Source of the DNA: Octopus sinensis
Lineage: Eukaryota
Assembly: GCF_006345805.1 (NCBI RefSeq)
Contig: NC_042999.1
Coordinates: forward strand, 81,034,001 to 81,098,000
DNA length: 64,000 nt
Direction of reading: 5' to 3'
Shown: piece after piece, positions 1 to 13,320 of the stretch
How positions within the stretch are numbered: position 1 is the first letter of the stretch
Layout: each line of letters opens with the position of its first letter
Notes under the pieces: generated by a model
The model's input: only the letters and a program-made list of their open reading frames with translations
What the model was told of the DNA's origin: nothing
Databases searched by the model: none
Made by a program: the position numbers and the translations under genes

Positions 1-888
1 TTTACATTTTCGAATACTCAGAAGGAAAGGAAATGATAGGTATTCACAGAAGTTGTAGCTTTTAAAGGTCCACACAGTGACCATAAACATCATATTACGC
101 CTATTCACTAACTAAATTCTTAACGTAACTCTACCCCTTAATGAGCATAACAGCAAAATTCTTGTTTTCTTTCTACCCATTTCATGGTCAGCCACGGCTG
201 GCTTCAGCCATGTTCCCACTGTGTTCTTGGAATATTCTTTTATTGTTCTAAACTTACATGCTTCATTTGATGATTACGGTTTTTGCAATGATGTAATGTA
301 TACATTCGTCTATGAAAATTGCGTAAGAAAGAGCTGTAATGAACTGATATTTATCCATCATCTGCTATAATACATCTACTTATATACACACTATCTCTCA
401 CACACACATACATACATAATATATATATATATACATACATACATACACATATATATATATGTGTGTGTGTGTGTGTAAATGAGTATATGGCGTATAAACG
501 TATTTATATATGTATACATACAAACACACATACATACATATGTCTAACATGGTGAAAGGGAGAGAGAGAGAGAGAGATAGAGAGATAGAGAGAGAGAGTG
601 ACAGACAGACATACAGATTCATTTTATAAAATTAGCAAAGATCATTTGAAAATACTTTCATAGGTCCTGCTTCAACTTCATGACGAAAGGAAATAAAAAT
701 GTTTCAAAGAATACATCGAAGCGTCTGCAAAGAATTTGAAACCAATATGAATAAATCATATAAGCATTATTATATCCACAATCTATAAATAATTCCAATC
801 CATGGTAAATGTCTCGGTGGATACCTGATTAATTTCTGTGTATATCTGTGCGTGTCAGTGTGTAGATACTCAAATATATATATACAAG

Positions 889-974
<86 letters not shown>

Positions 975-1279
975 ATGCATTTGTATATGAATATGCATGT
1001 GTATGTGTGTGTGAATGTATATAAATATTTATATGAGAGTGTTTGTGCGTGTTAGCTTGGACAAAATACACCGAAGCTGATGCGATAAGAACCATTGAAC
1101 CTTGTAGTCGGTAGTGCCTAGTAATCTAATATAAATAGCAATTATCGGTATTCGATCGATCAATAAATCGATGTCGATAAATGACGCAGAATCATGATTG
1201 AGTATAGGGAAGGAAAATGACACCAGACGGTAAAAATTTGTGTCAATAATTACATGTATGCTTCTCTTTTCAAACATTT

Positions 1280-1351
1280 TGGTAGTCATAGCCGTCTGCA
1301 TTATGATCAGGATCGTCGTTATTGCTGACGTTGTCGTAGTCGTCATCATCG

Positions 1352-1384
<33 letters not shown>

Positions 1385-1960
1385 ACATCGTCTTCATCAT
1401 CATCGTCATTGTCATCGTCGTCGTTGTCCTCGTCGTCAACGTCATTGTCGTCATCATCGACGTCGTCTTGCTCAGAGCGTTGCTTTCGCTTTTTATGGAA
1501 GAAGGCGCTGCTGACATAGTTTATGATATATCATAACAGCGGTGATGATGATGATGACGAAAAGGATGAGGAAGAATTTAAGTTGGAAGCGGTGTAGAAA
1601 CAATGAATTCGTTGATGGTAACTTTTATAACATAATTTCGAAGCCGATGTCAACAACGTTCGTCATCAACACCTCATTATGAATATCTGTCACCATCAGC
1701 TCAATTCTTTCCATTTTTTCTTCTAATTTTCTCTTCCGTAGTCTTTATCTGTATTATCATAGTATTAATATGAGCAGAATTATCATCACATAGTTCGTCC
1801 TTCATCATCATAATCATAATCACCATTATGATCTATACGAACAACACTACCCACAATTCCACCATTAACCTTTTCATAATCATCAGCATTATCAAAAATA
1901 TCATCAACAGTATCCTCATCAACTTCGACATCATCCTCATCATCACTGACATTGTCAGAA
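1280..1960. repeat. Degenerate trinucleotide (CAT/CGT/GAT) low-complexity region
   Basis: Runs such as catcatcatcatc and gtcgtcatcatcgtc. They explain the poly-I/V and poly-M/T ORFs in the track. Confidence 0.8.
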
Positions 1961-2026
1961 TCTGGATCTCAACTTTCATTAGAGCGACAAAGTATTAAAC
2001 TTCGCTACTCAATCTTGTTTACATAT

Positions 2027-5000
2027 CTGTTATATCGCAATACTACACAGTGGCTATGTGTGCTACGAAATCCTCGTCGCCACTGTTATATCGCAATACT
2101 ACACAGTGGCTATGTGTGCTACGAAATCCTCGTCGCCACTGTTAAATCGCAATACTACACAGTGGCTATGTGTGCTACGAAATCCTCGTCGCCACTGTTA
2201 TATCGCAATACTACACAGTGGCTGTGTGTGCTACGAAATCCTCGTCGCCACTGTTATATCGCAATACTACACAGTGGCTGTGTGTGCTACGAAATCCTCG
2301 TCGCCACTGTTATATCGCTATACTACACAGTGGCTATGTGTGCTACGAAATCCTCGTCGCCACTGTTATATCGCAATACTACACAGTGGCTGTGTGTGCT
2401 ACGAAATCCTCGTCGCCACTGTTATATCGCAATACTACACAGTGGCTGTGTGTGCTACGAAATCCTCGTCGCCACTGTTATATCGCAATACTACACAGTG
2501 GCTATGTGTGCTACGAAATCCTCGTCGCCACTGTTATATCGCAATACTACACAGTGGCTGTGTGTGCTACGAAATCCTCGTCGCCACTGTTATATCGCAA
2601 TACTACACAGTGGCTATGTGTGCTACGAAATCCTCGTCGCCACTGTTATATCGCAATACTACACAGTGGCTGTGTGTGCTACGAAATCCTCGTCGCCACT
2701 GTTATATCGCAATACTACACAGTGGCTGTGTGTGCTAGGAAATCCTCGTCGCCACTGTTATATCGCAATACTACACAGTGGCTATGTGTGCTACGAAATC
2801 CTCGTCGCCACTGTTATATCGCAATACTACACAGTGGCTGTGTGTGCTACGAAATCCTCGTCGCCACTGTTATATCGCAATACTACACAGTGGCTGTGTG
2901 TGCTAGGAAATCCTCGTCGTCACTGTTATATCGCAATACTACACAGTGGCTATGTGTGCTACGAAATCCTCGTCGCCACTGTTATATCGCAATACTACAC
3001 AGTGGCTGTGTGTGCTACGAAATCCTCGTCGCCACTGTTATATCGCAATACTACACAGTGGCTATGTGTGCTACGAAATCCTCGTCGCCACTGTTAAATC
3101 GCAATACTACACAGTGGCTATGTGTGCTACGAAATCCTCGTCGCCACTGTTATATCGCAATACTACACAGTGGCTATGTGTGCTACGAAATCCTCGTCGC
3201 CACTGTTATATCGCAATACTACACAGTGGCTGTGTGTGCTACGAAATCCTCGTCGCCACTGTTATATCGCAATACTACACAGTGGCTGTGTGTGCTACTA
3301 AATCCTCGTCGCCACTGTTATATCGCAATACTACACAGTGGCTGTGTGTGCTACGAAATCTTCGTCGCCACTGTTATATCGCAATACTACACAGTGGCTG
3401 TGTGTGCTACGAAATCCTCGTCGCCACTGTTATATCACAATACTACACAGTGGCTGTGTGTGCTACGAAATCCTCGTCGCCACTGTTATATCGCAATACT
3501 ACACAGTGGCTATGTGTGCTACGAGATCCTCGTCGCCACTGTTATATCGCAATACTACACAGTGTCTATGTGTGCTACGAAATCCTCGTCGCCACTGTTA
3601 TATCGCAATACTACACAGTGGCTGTGTGTGCTACGAAATCCTCGTCGCCACTGTTATATCGCAATACTACACAGTGGCTATGTGTGCTACGAAATCGTCG
3701 TCGCCACTGTTATATCGCAATACTACACAGTGGCTATGTGTGCTACGAAATCGTCGTCGCCACTGTTATATCGCAATACTACACAGTGGCTATGTGTGCT
3801 ACGAAATCCTCGTCGCCACTGTTATATCGCAATACTACACAGTGGCTGTGTGTGCTACGAAATCCTCGTCGCCACTGTTATATCGCAATACTACACAGTG
3901 GCTATGTGTGCTACGAAATCCTCGTCGCCACTGTTATATCGCAATACTACACAGTGGCTATGTGTGCTACGAAATCCTCGTCGCCACTGTTATATCGCAA
4001 TACTACACAGTGGCTGTGTGTGCTACGAAATCCTCGTCGCCACTGTTATATCGCAATACTACACAGTGGCTATGTGTGCTACGAAATCGTCGTCGCTACT
4101 GTTATATCGCAATACTACACAGTGGCTGCGTGTGCTACGAAATCCTCGTCGCCACTGTTATATCGCAATACTACACAGTGGCTATGTGTGCTACGAAATC
4201 CTCGTCGCGACTGTTATATCGCAAAACTACACAGTGGCTGTGTGTGCTACGAAATCCTCGTCGACACTGTTATATCGCAATACTACACAGTGGCTATGTG
4301 TGCTACGAAATCCTCGTCGCCACTGTTATATCGCTATACTACACAGTGGCTGTGTGTGCTACGAAATCCTCGTCGCCACTGTTATATCGCAATACTACAC
4401 AGTGGCTATGTGTGCTACGAAATCTTCGTCGCCACTGTTATATCGCAATACTACACAGTGGCTATGTGTGCTACGAAATCCTCGTCGCCACTGTTATATC
4501 GCAATACTACACAGTGGCTGTGTGTGCTACGAAATCCTCGTCGCCACTGTTATATCGCAATACTACACAGTGGCTATGTGTGCTACGAAATCGTCGTCGC
4601 CACTGTTATATCGCAATACTACACAGTGGCTATGTGTGCTACGAAATCCTCGTCGCCACTGTTATATCGCAATACTACACAGTGGCTGTGTGTGTGCTAC
4701 GAAATCCTCGTCGCCACTGTTATATCGCAATACTACACAGTGGCTATGTGTGCTACGAAATCCTCGTCGCCACTGTTAAATCGCAATACTACACAGTGGC
4801 TATGTGTGCTACGAAATCCTCGTCGCCACTGTTATATCGCAATACTACACAGTGGCTATGTGTGCTACGAAATCCTCGTCGCCACTGTTATATCGCAATA
4901 CTACACAGTGGCTGTGTGTGCTACGAAATCCTCGTCGCCACTGTTATATCGCAATACTACACAGTGGCTGTGTGTGCTACTAAATCCTCGTCGCCACTGT

Positions 5001-8000
5001 TATATCGCAATACTACACAGTGGCTATGTGTGCTACGAAATCCTCGTCGCCACTGTTATATCGCTATACTACACAGTGGCTGTGTGTGTGCTACGAATCC
5101 TCGTCGCCACTGTTATATCGCAAAACTACACAGTGGCTATGTGTGTGCTACGAAATCTTCGTCGCCACTGTTATATCGCAATACTACACAGTGGCTATGT
5201 CTGCTACGAAATCCTCGTCGCCACTGTTATATCGCAATACTACACAGTGGCTGTGTGTGCTACGAAATCCTCGTCGCCACTGTTATATCGCAATACTACA
5301 CAGTGGCTATGTGTGCTACGAAATCCTCGTCGCTACTGTTATATCGCAATACTACACAGTGGCTGCGTGTGCTACGAAATCCTCGTCGCCACTGTTATAT
5401 CGCAATACTACACAGTGGCTATGTGTGCTACGAAATCCTCGTCGCGACTGTTATATCGCAATACTACACAGTGGCTGTGTGTGCTACGAAATCCTCGTCG
5501 ACACTGATATATCGCAATACTACACAGTGGCTATGTGTGCTACGAAATCCTCGTCGCCACTGTTATATCGCTATACTACACAGTGGCTGTGTGTGCTACG
5601 AAATCCTCGTCGCCACTGTTATATCGCAATACTACACAGTGGCTATGTGTGCTACGAAATCTTCGTCGCCACTGTTATATCGCAATACTACACAGTGGCT
5701 ATGTGTGCTACGAAATCCTCGTCGCCACTGTTATATCGCAATACTACACAGTGGCTGTGTGTGCTACGAAATCCTCGTCGCCACTGTTATATCGCAATAC
5801 TACACAGTGGCTATGTGTGCTACGAAATCGTCGTCGCCACTGTTATATCGCAATACTACACAGTGGCTATGTGTGCTACGAAATCCTCGTCGCCACTGTT
5901 ATATCGCAATACTACACAGTGGCTGTGTGTGCTACGAAATCCTCGTCGCCACTGTTATATCGCAATACTACACAGTGGCTATGTGTGCTACGAAATCCTC
6001 GTTTCCACTGTTAAATCGCAATACTACACAGTGGCTATGTGTGCTACGAAATCCTCGTCGCCACTGTTATATCGCAATACTACACAGTGGCTATGTGTGC
6101 TACGAAATCCTCGTCGCGACTGTTATATCGCAATACTACATAGTGGCTGTGTGTGCTACGAAATCCTCGTCGACACTGTTATATCGCAATACTACACAGT
6201 GGCTATGTGTGCTACGAAATCCTCGTCGCCACTGTTATATCGCTATACTACACAGTGGCTGTGTGTGCTACGAAATCCTCGTCGCCACTGTTATATCGCA
6301 ATACTACACAGTGGCTATGTGTGCTACGAAATCTTCGTCGCCACTGTTATATCGCAATACTACACAGTGGCTATGTGTGCTACGAAATCCTCGTCGCCAC
6401 TGTTATATCGCAATACTACACAGTGGCTGTGTGTGCTACGAAATCCTCGTCGCCACTGTTATATCGCAATACTACACAGTGGCTATGTGTGCTACGAAAT
6501 CGTCGTCGCCACTGTTATATCGCAATACTACACAGTGGCTATGTGTGCTACGAAATCGTCGTCGCCACTGTTATATCGCAATACTACACAGTGGCTGTGT
6601 GTGCTACGAAATCCTCGTCGCCACTGTTATATCGCAATACTACACAGTGGCTATGTGTGCTACGAAATCCTCGTCGCCACTGTTAAATCGCAATACTACA
6701 CAGTGGCTATGTGTGCTACGAAATCCTCGTCGCCACTGTTATATCGCAATACTACACAGTGGCTATGTGTGCTACGAAATCCTCGTCGCCACTGTTATAT
6801 CGCAATACTACACAGTGGCTGTGTGTGCTACGAAATCCTCGTCGCCACTGTTATATCGCAATACTACACAGTGGCTATGTGTGCTACTAAATCCTCGTCG
6901 CCACTGTTATATCGCAATACTACACAGTGGCTATGTGTGCTACGAAATCCTCGTCGCCACTGTTATATCGCTATACTACACAGTGGCTGTGTGTGCTACG
7001 AAATCCTCGTCGCCACTGTTATATCGCAATACTACACAGTGGCTATGTGTGCTACGAAATCTTCGTCGCCACTGTTATATCGCAATACTACACAGTGGCT
7101 ATGTGTGCTACGAAATCCTCGTCGCCACTGTTATATCGCAATACTACACAGTGGCTGTGTGTGCTACGAAATCCTCGTCGCCACTGTTATATCGCAATAC
7201 TACACAGTGGCTATGTGTGCTACGAAATCCTCGTCGCTACTGTTATAACGCAATACTACACAGTGGCTGCGTGTGCTACGAAATCCTCGTCGCCACTGTT
7301 ATATCGCAATACTACACAGTGGCTATGTGTGCTACGAAATCCTCGTCGCGACTGTTATATCGCAATACTACACAGTGGCTGTGTGTGCTACGAAATCCTC
7401 GTCGACACTGTTATATCGCAATACTACACAGTGGCTGGCTATGTGTGCTACGAAATCCTCGTCGCCACTGTTATATCGCTATACTACACAGTGGCTGTGT
7501 GTGCTACGAAATCCTCGTCGCCACTGTTATATCGCAATACTACACAGTGGCTATGTGTGCTACGAAATCTTCGTCGCCACTGTTATATCGCAATACTACA
7601 CAGTGGCTATGTGTGCTACGAAATCCTCGTCGCCACTGTTATATCGCAATACTACACAGTGGCTGTGTGTGCTACGAAATCCTCGTCGCCACTGTTATAT
7701 CGCAATACTACACAGTGGCTATGTGTGCTACGAAATCGTCGTCGCCACTGTTATATCGCAATACTACACAGTGGCTATGTGTGCTACGAAATCCTCGTCG
7801 CCACTGTTATATCGCAATACTACACAGTGGCTGTGTGTGCTACGAAATCCTCGTCGCCACTGTTATATCGCAATACTACACAGTGGCTATGTGTGCTACG
7901 AAATCCTCGTCGCCACTGTTAAATCGCAATACTACACAGTGGCTATGTGTGCTACGAAATCCTCGTCGCCACTGTTATATCGCAATACTACACAGTGGCT

Positions 8001-11000
8001 ATGTGTGCTACGAAATCCTCGTCGCCACTGTTATATCGCAATACTACACAGTGGCTGTGTGTGCTACGAAATCCTCGTCGCCACTGTTATATCGCAATAC
8101 TACACAGTGGCTGTGTGTGCTACTAAATCCTCGTCGCCACTGTTATATCGCAATACTACACAGTGGCTGTGTGTGTGCTACGAAATCTTCGTCGCCACTG
8201 TTATATCGCAATACTACACAGTGGCTGTGTGTGCTACGAAATCCTCGTCGCCACTGTTATATCACAATACTACACAGTGGCTGTGTGTGCTACGAAATCC
8301 TCGTCGCCACTGTTATATCGCAATACTACACAGTGGCTATGTGTGCTACGAGATCCTCGTCGCCACTGTTATATCGCAATACTACACAGTGTCTATGTGT
8401 GCTACGAAATCCTCGTCGCCACTGTTATATCGCAATACTACACAGTGGCTGTGTGTGCTACGAAATCCTCGTCGCCACTGTTATATCGCAATACTACACA
8501 GTGGCTATGTGTGCTACGAAATCGTCGTCGCCACTGTTATATCGCAATACTACACAGTGGCTATGTGTGCTACGAAATCGTCGTCGCCACTGTTATATCG
8601 CAATACTACACAGTGGCTATGTGTGCTACGAAATCCTCGTCGCCACTGTTATATCGCAATACTACACAGTGGCTGTGTGTGCTACGAAATCCTCGTCGCC
8701 ACTGTTATATCGCAATACTACACAGTGGCTATGTGTGCTACGAAATCCTCGTCGCCACTGTTATATCGCAATACTACACACAGTGGCTATGTGTGCTACG
8801 AAATCCTCGTCGCCACTGTTATATCGCAATACTACACAGTGGCTGTGTGTGCTAGGAAATCCTCGTCGCCACTGTTATATCGCAATACTACACAGTGGCT
8901 ATGTGTGCTACGAAATCGTCGTCGCCACTGTTATATCGCAATACTACACAGTGGCTATGTGTGCTACGAAATCCTCGTCGCCACTGTTATATCGCAATAC
9001 TACACAGTGGCTGTGTGTGCTACGAAATCCTCGTCGCCACTGTTATATCGCAATACTACACAGTGGCTATGTGTGCTACGAAATCCTCGTCGCTACTGTT
9101 ATATCGCAATACTACACAGTGGCTGCGTGTGCTACGAAATCCTCGTCGCCACTGTTATATCGCAATACTACACAGTGGCTATGTGTGCTACGAAATCCTC
9201 GTCGCCACTGTTATATCGCAATACTACACAGTGGCTGTGTGTGCTACGAAATCCTCGTCGACACTGTTATATCGCAATACTACACAGTGGCTATGTGTGC
9301 TACGAAATCCTCGTCGCCACTGTTATATCGCAATACTACACAGTGGCTGTGTGTGCTACGAAATCCTCGTCGCCACTGTTATATCGCAATACTACACAGT
9401 GGCTATGGGTGCTACGAAATCCTCGTCGCCACTGTTATATCGCAATACTACACAGTGGCTATGTGTGCTACGAAATCCTCGTCGCCACTGTTATATCGCA
9501 ATACTACACAGTGGCTGTGTGTGCTACGAAATCCTCGTCGCCACTGTTATATCGCAATACTACACAGTGGCTATGTGTGCTACGAAATCGTCGTCGCCAC
9601 TGTTATATCGCAATACTACACAGTGGCTGTGTGTGCTACGAAATCCTCGTCGCCACTGTTATATCGCAATACTACACAGTGGCTGTGTGTGCTACGAAAT
9701 CCTCGTCGCCACTGTTATATCGCAATACTACACAGTGGCTATGTGTGCTACGAAATCCTCGTCGCCACTGTTATATCGCAATACTACACAGTGGCTGCGT
9801 GTGCTACGAAATCCTCGTCGCCACTGTTATATCGCAATACTACACAGTGGCTATGTGTGCTACGAAATCCTCGTCGCCACTGTTATATCGCAATACTACA
9901 CAGTGGCTGTGTGTGCTACGAAATCCTCGTCGACACTGTTATATCGCAATACTACACAGTGGCTATGTGTGCTACGAAATCCTCGTCGCCACTGTTATAT
10001 CGCTATACTACACAGTGGCTGTGTGTGCTACGAAATCCTCGTCGCCACTGTTATATCGCAATACTACACAGTGGCTATGTGTGCTACGAAATCCTCGTCG
10101 CCACTGTTATATCGCAATACTACACAGTGGCTATGTGTTCTACGAAATCCTCGTCGCCACTGTTATATCGCAATACTACACAGTGGCTGTGTGTGCTACG
10201 AAATCCTCGTCGCCACTGTTATATCGCAATACTACACAGTGGCTATGTGTGCTACGAAATCTTCGTCGCCACTGTTATATCGCAATACTACACAGTGGCT
10301 GTGTGTGCTACGAAATCCTCGTCGCCACTGTTATATCGCAATACTACACAGTGGCTGTGTGTGCTACGAAATCCTCGTCGCCACTGTTATATCGCAATAC
10401 TACACAGTGGCTGTGTGTGCTACGAAATCTTCGTCGCCACTGTTATATCGCAATACTACACAGTGGCTATGTGTGCTACGAAATCTTCGTCGCCACTGTT
10501 ATATCGCAATACTACACAGTGGCTGTGTGTGCTACGAAATCTTCGTCGCCACTGTTATATCGCAATACTACACAGTGGCTATGTGTGCTACGAAATCCTC
10601 GTCGCCACTGTTATATCGCAATACTACACAGTGGCTGTGTGTGCTATGAAATCCTCGTCGCCACTGTTATATCGCAATACTACACAGTGGCTATGTGTGC
10701 TACGAAATCCTCGTCGCCACTGTTATATCGCAATACTACACAGTGGCTATGTGTGCTACGAAATCCTCGTCGCCACTGTTATATCGCAATACTACACAGT
10801 GGCTATGTGTGCTACGAAATCTTCGTCGCCACTGTTATATCGCAATACTACACAGTGGCTATGTGTGCTACGAAATCCTCGTCGCCACTGTTATATCGCA
10901 ATACTACACAGTGGCTGTGTGTGCTACGAAATCCTCGTCGCCACTGTTATATCGCAATACTACACAGTGGCTATGTGTGCTACGAAATCTTCGTCGCCAC

Positions 11001-11173
11001 TGTTATATCGCAATACTACACAGTGGCTGTGTGTGCTACGAAATCTTCGTCGCCACTGTTATATCGCAATACTACACAGTGGCTATGTGTGCTACGAAAT
11101 CCTCGTCGCCACTGTTATATCGCAATACTACAGAGTGGCTGTGTGTGCTATGAAATCCTCGTCGCCACTGTTA
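2027..11173. repeat. Tandem array (mini/satellite) of a 56-bp unit, about 163 copies
   Basis: Consensus GTTATATCGCAATACTACACAGTGGCT(A/G)TGTGTGCTACGAAATCCTCGTCGCCACT, repeated head to tail with few substitutions and occasional GT slippage. Copy number estimated as length/56. Confidence 0.99.
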
Positions 11174-11492
11174 CATCGTACGTTCCGATGACCTCTACTC
11201 AACTTCCGACGTCTAGACTTCTTCCTCTATATCTACGTATTGGGCTAGCCTACTTCATCGTCTGGGGGCGTCCACACAATTTCGATGATAAAGATGATGG
11301 CAATATGAATTAAAATTTTGAAGATGTTGATGATGAAGCAACCTTTCTCGACACCCTGGAGGCCATTTTTAATGCTTTATACCAATATTGTACATAAGAA
11401 TAATATACACCTTTACAAAAAGCAGATTGCAGATATAAATATTTTGCAAAGGTAAATATGGTGTAGCTGATATTTATTACACCATTTTTTTA

Positions 11493-11650
11493 GGCGGCAA
11501 GCTGGCAGAATCCTTAGCACGCCGGACAAAATGCTTTGCGGCATTTCGTCCGTCTTCATGTTGTGAGTCCACTTTCAACTGAGGCCGACTTTGCCATTCA
11601 TTCTTCCGAGATCGATAAAATAAGTATCATCTGAGCACTGGGTTAGATTC
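11493..11650 (+). mobile_element. SINE family A (tRNA-type head), diverged and 3'-truncated copy
   Basis: ggcggcaagctggcagaatccttagcacgccggacaaaatgc...gaggccgactttgcc...gatcgataaaataagta aligns with the copies at 23238 and 46977. Confidence 0.85.
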
Positions 11651-11654
11651 GCCA

Positions 11655-12487
11655 TCGGTACTGATATTACTTCTGGCGCTAATATTGTTTTACAAACAAT
11701 TCTCTTGCGGAATTTCTTGCCAAGTTTCATGCAATAATCTCAAATGATCTGGCTTTGAATATGCTTTCTTGTTCGCTTTATGAAATGTCCTGTCCATTAT
11801 GTCCCAGAGGTATTCAATAGGGCTCATATCTGGTGACTGGCTTATCCAAGGAACCCTTTTAATGTCATTCTCGTATTAGAAATCATGGGTCATTTTATCC
11901 ATGTGGCAAGAAGCTCCATCTTCCATAAAGAAAGAGTCTTCTTTAATGATTTCACCACTGTACTTTAATGATTTCATCACTGGAGAAGTGTAGAAGGAGT
12001 CCTTTCTGCAATATGGATACATTTTTATTGAGTTTATGTTTCCACCAGCTATGAGAAATCATTGCTTCAAATTGCTCACCAAACTATCACAGAACAGCTG
12101 CCGTGTTTAATTGTGGGCTGCAATCGTTTTACATCAAATTCTTGATCACAGAGTCTCCAGATCCACACTCGACCTCTGTCAGGAAATAAAGCAAATATGA
12201 ACTCATCAGAGAATATGATAGTGTCCCAAAATGCTAGTGGCCTCTCCACCAGCTCCCTGGTCCAATCATTTCTCCGCTAGATGTTGGCTGGTCGAGGAAG
12301 TGGCTTCCTTCTAGCTGCTCTGTGTAGATACCTAGCAGATATTTTGGGACTGACATCAACTTGTTCTACTATGTCAGATGCCTTATACATATAATAGTCT
12401 CCAAAATGCTTGCTATGAAAGAGTAACCGTCCAGTCTCTGCTGCAAAGAGAATTACATGCATGCATTATACATATATATATATAATA

Positions 12488-12520
<33 letters not shown>

Positions 12521-12541
12521 CATACATACATACTTACATAC

Positions 12542-12589
<48 letters not shown>

Positions 12590-13140
12590 CACAAAGACAT
12601 GATAGAAGTAAATAGACACGCCATAAAACTTCCTTTTAGGTTTATTCTAATTTGTAAAGGTTCTGTTTTTCAGGTACTTTTTAATGATGCTATGTACAAT
12701 AGAAGCCGTGGGTCTGAATTACAAACAGGCCATATTGTGGGTCATTCTGAATGTAGACATAGTCAGCGTAAAGTCGCAGAAAACCTTGGGATTCCGCTTT
12801 CTACAGTTAATAGAATGACTGCGCAATTCACATTTCTTTTAACAAAGAGAAGGGTACTGTCAGAAGGCATTGCTTGATCTGAGTGAGGAGATATGAACTT
12901 CTTCTTCTCTTGGTGAATTGCGCAGTCATTCTATTAACTGTAGAAAGCGGAATCCCAAGGTTTTCTGCGACTTTACGCTGACTATGTCTACATTCAGAAT
13001 GACCCACAATATGGCCTGTTTGTAATTCAGACCCACGGCTTCTATTGTACATAGCATCATTAAAAAGTACCTGAAAAACAGAACCTTTACAAATTAGAAT
13101 AAACCTAAAAGGAAGTTTTATGGCGTGTCTATTTACTTCT
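11655..13140 (-). pseudogene. Tc1-family (DD34E) transposase relic, interrupted by an inverted duplication
   Basis: Minus-strand translation gives an N-terminal HTH (GHIVGHSECRHSQRKVAENLGIPLSTVNR), then RAARRKPL, IIFSDE, MEDGASCH and SQSPDMSPIE. There are 34 codons between the second D and the E. Stops and frameshifts are present. Confidence 0.92.
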
Positions 13141-13320
13141 ATCATGTCTTTGTGTATGTATATATATATATATTATATATATATATGTATGTAAGTATGT
13201 ATGTATGTATATATATATATATATATATATGTATAATGCATGCATGTAATTCTCTTTGCAGCAGAGACTGGACGGTTACTCTTTCATAGCAAGCATTTTG
13301 GAGACTATTATATGTATAAG
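12382..13320. repeat. Long inverted duplication (arms 12382-12831 and 12913-13320, 81-bp spacer)
   Basis: The arms are reverse complements apart from the lengths of their (TA)n tracts. Confidence 0.97.

Noticed and set aside
398-1055. Short YI/CV/SL-rich ORFs here and throughout the window
   Set aside because: These are translations of (TA)n, (TG)n and (CT)n microsatellites.
2027-11173. CRISPR array
   Set aside because: The units are directly adjacent with no unique spacers, there are no cas genes, and the context is eukaryotic.
1952-11313. Giant ORFs (up to 2617 aa) as a protein-coding gene
   Set aside because: All three frames give the same 56-aa repeat simply because the 56-bp unit lacks stops. 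Frameshifting indels are frequent and there is no recognisable domain.
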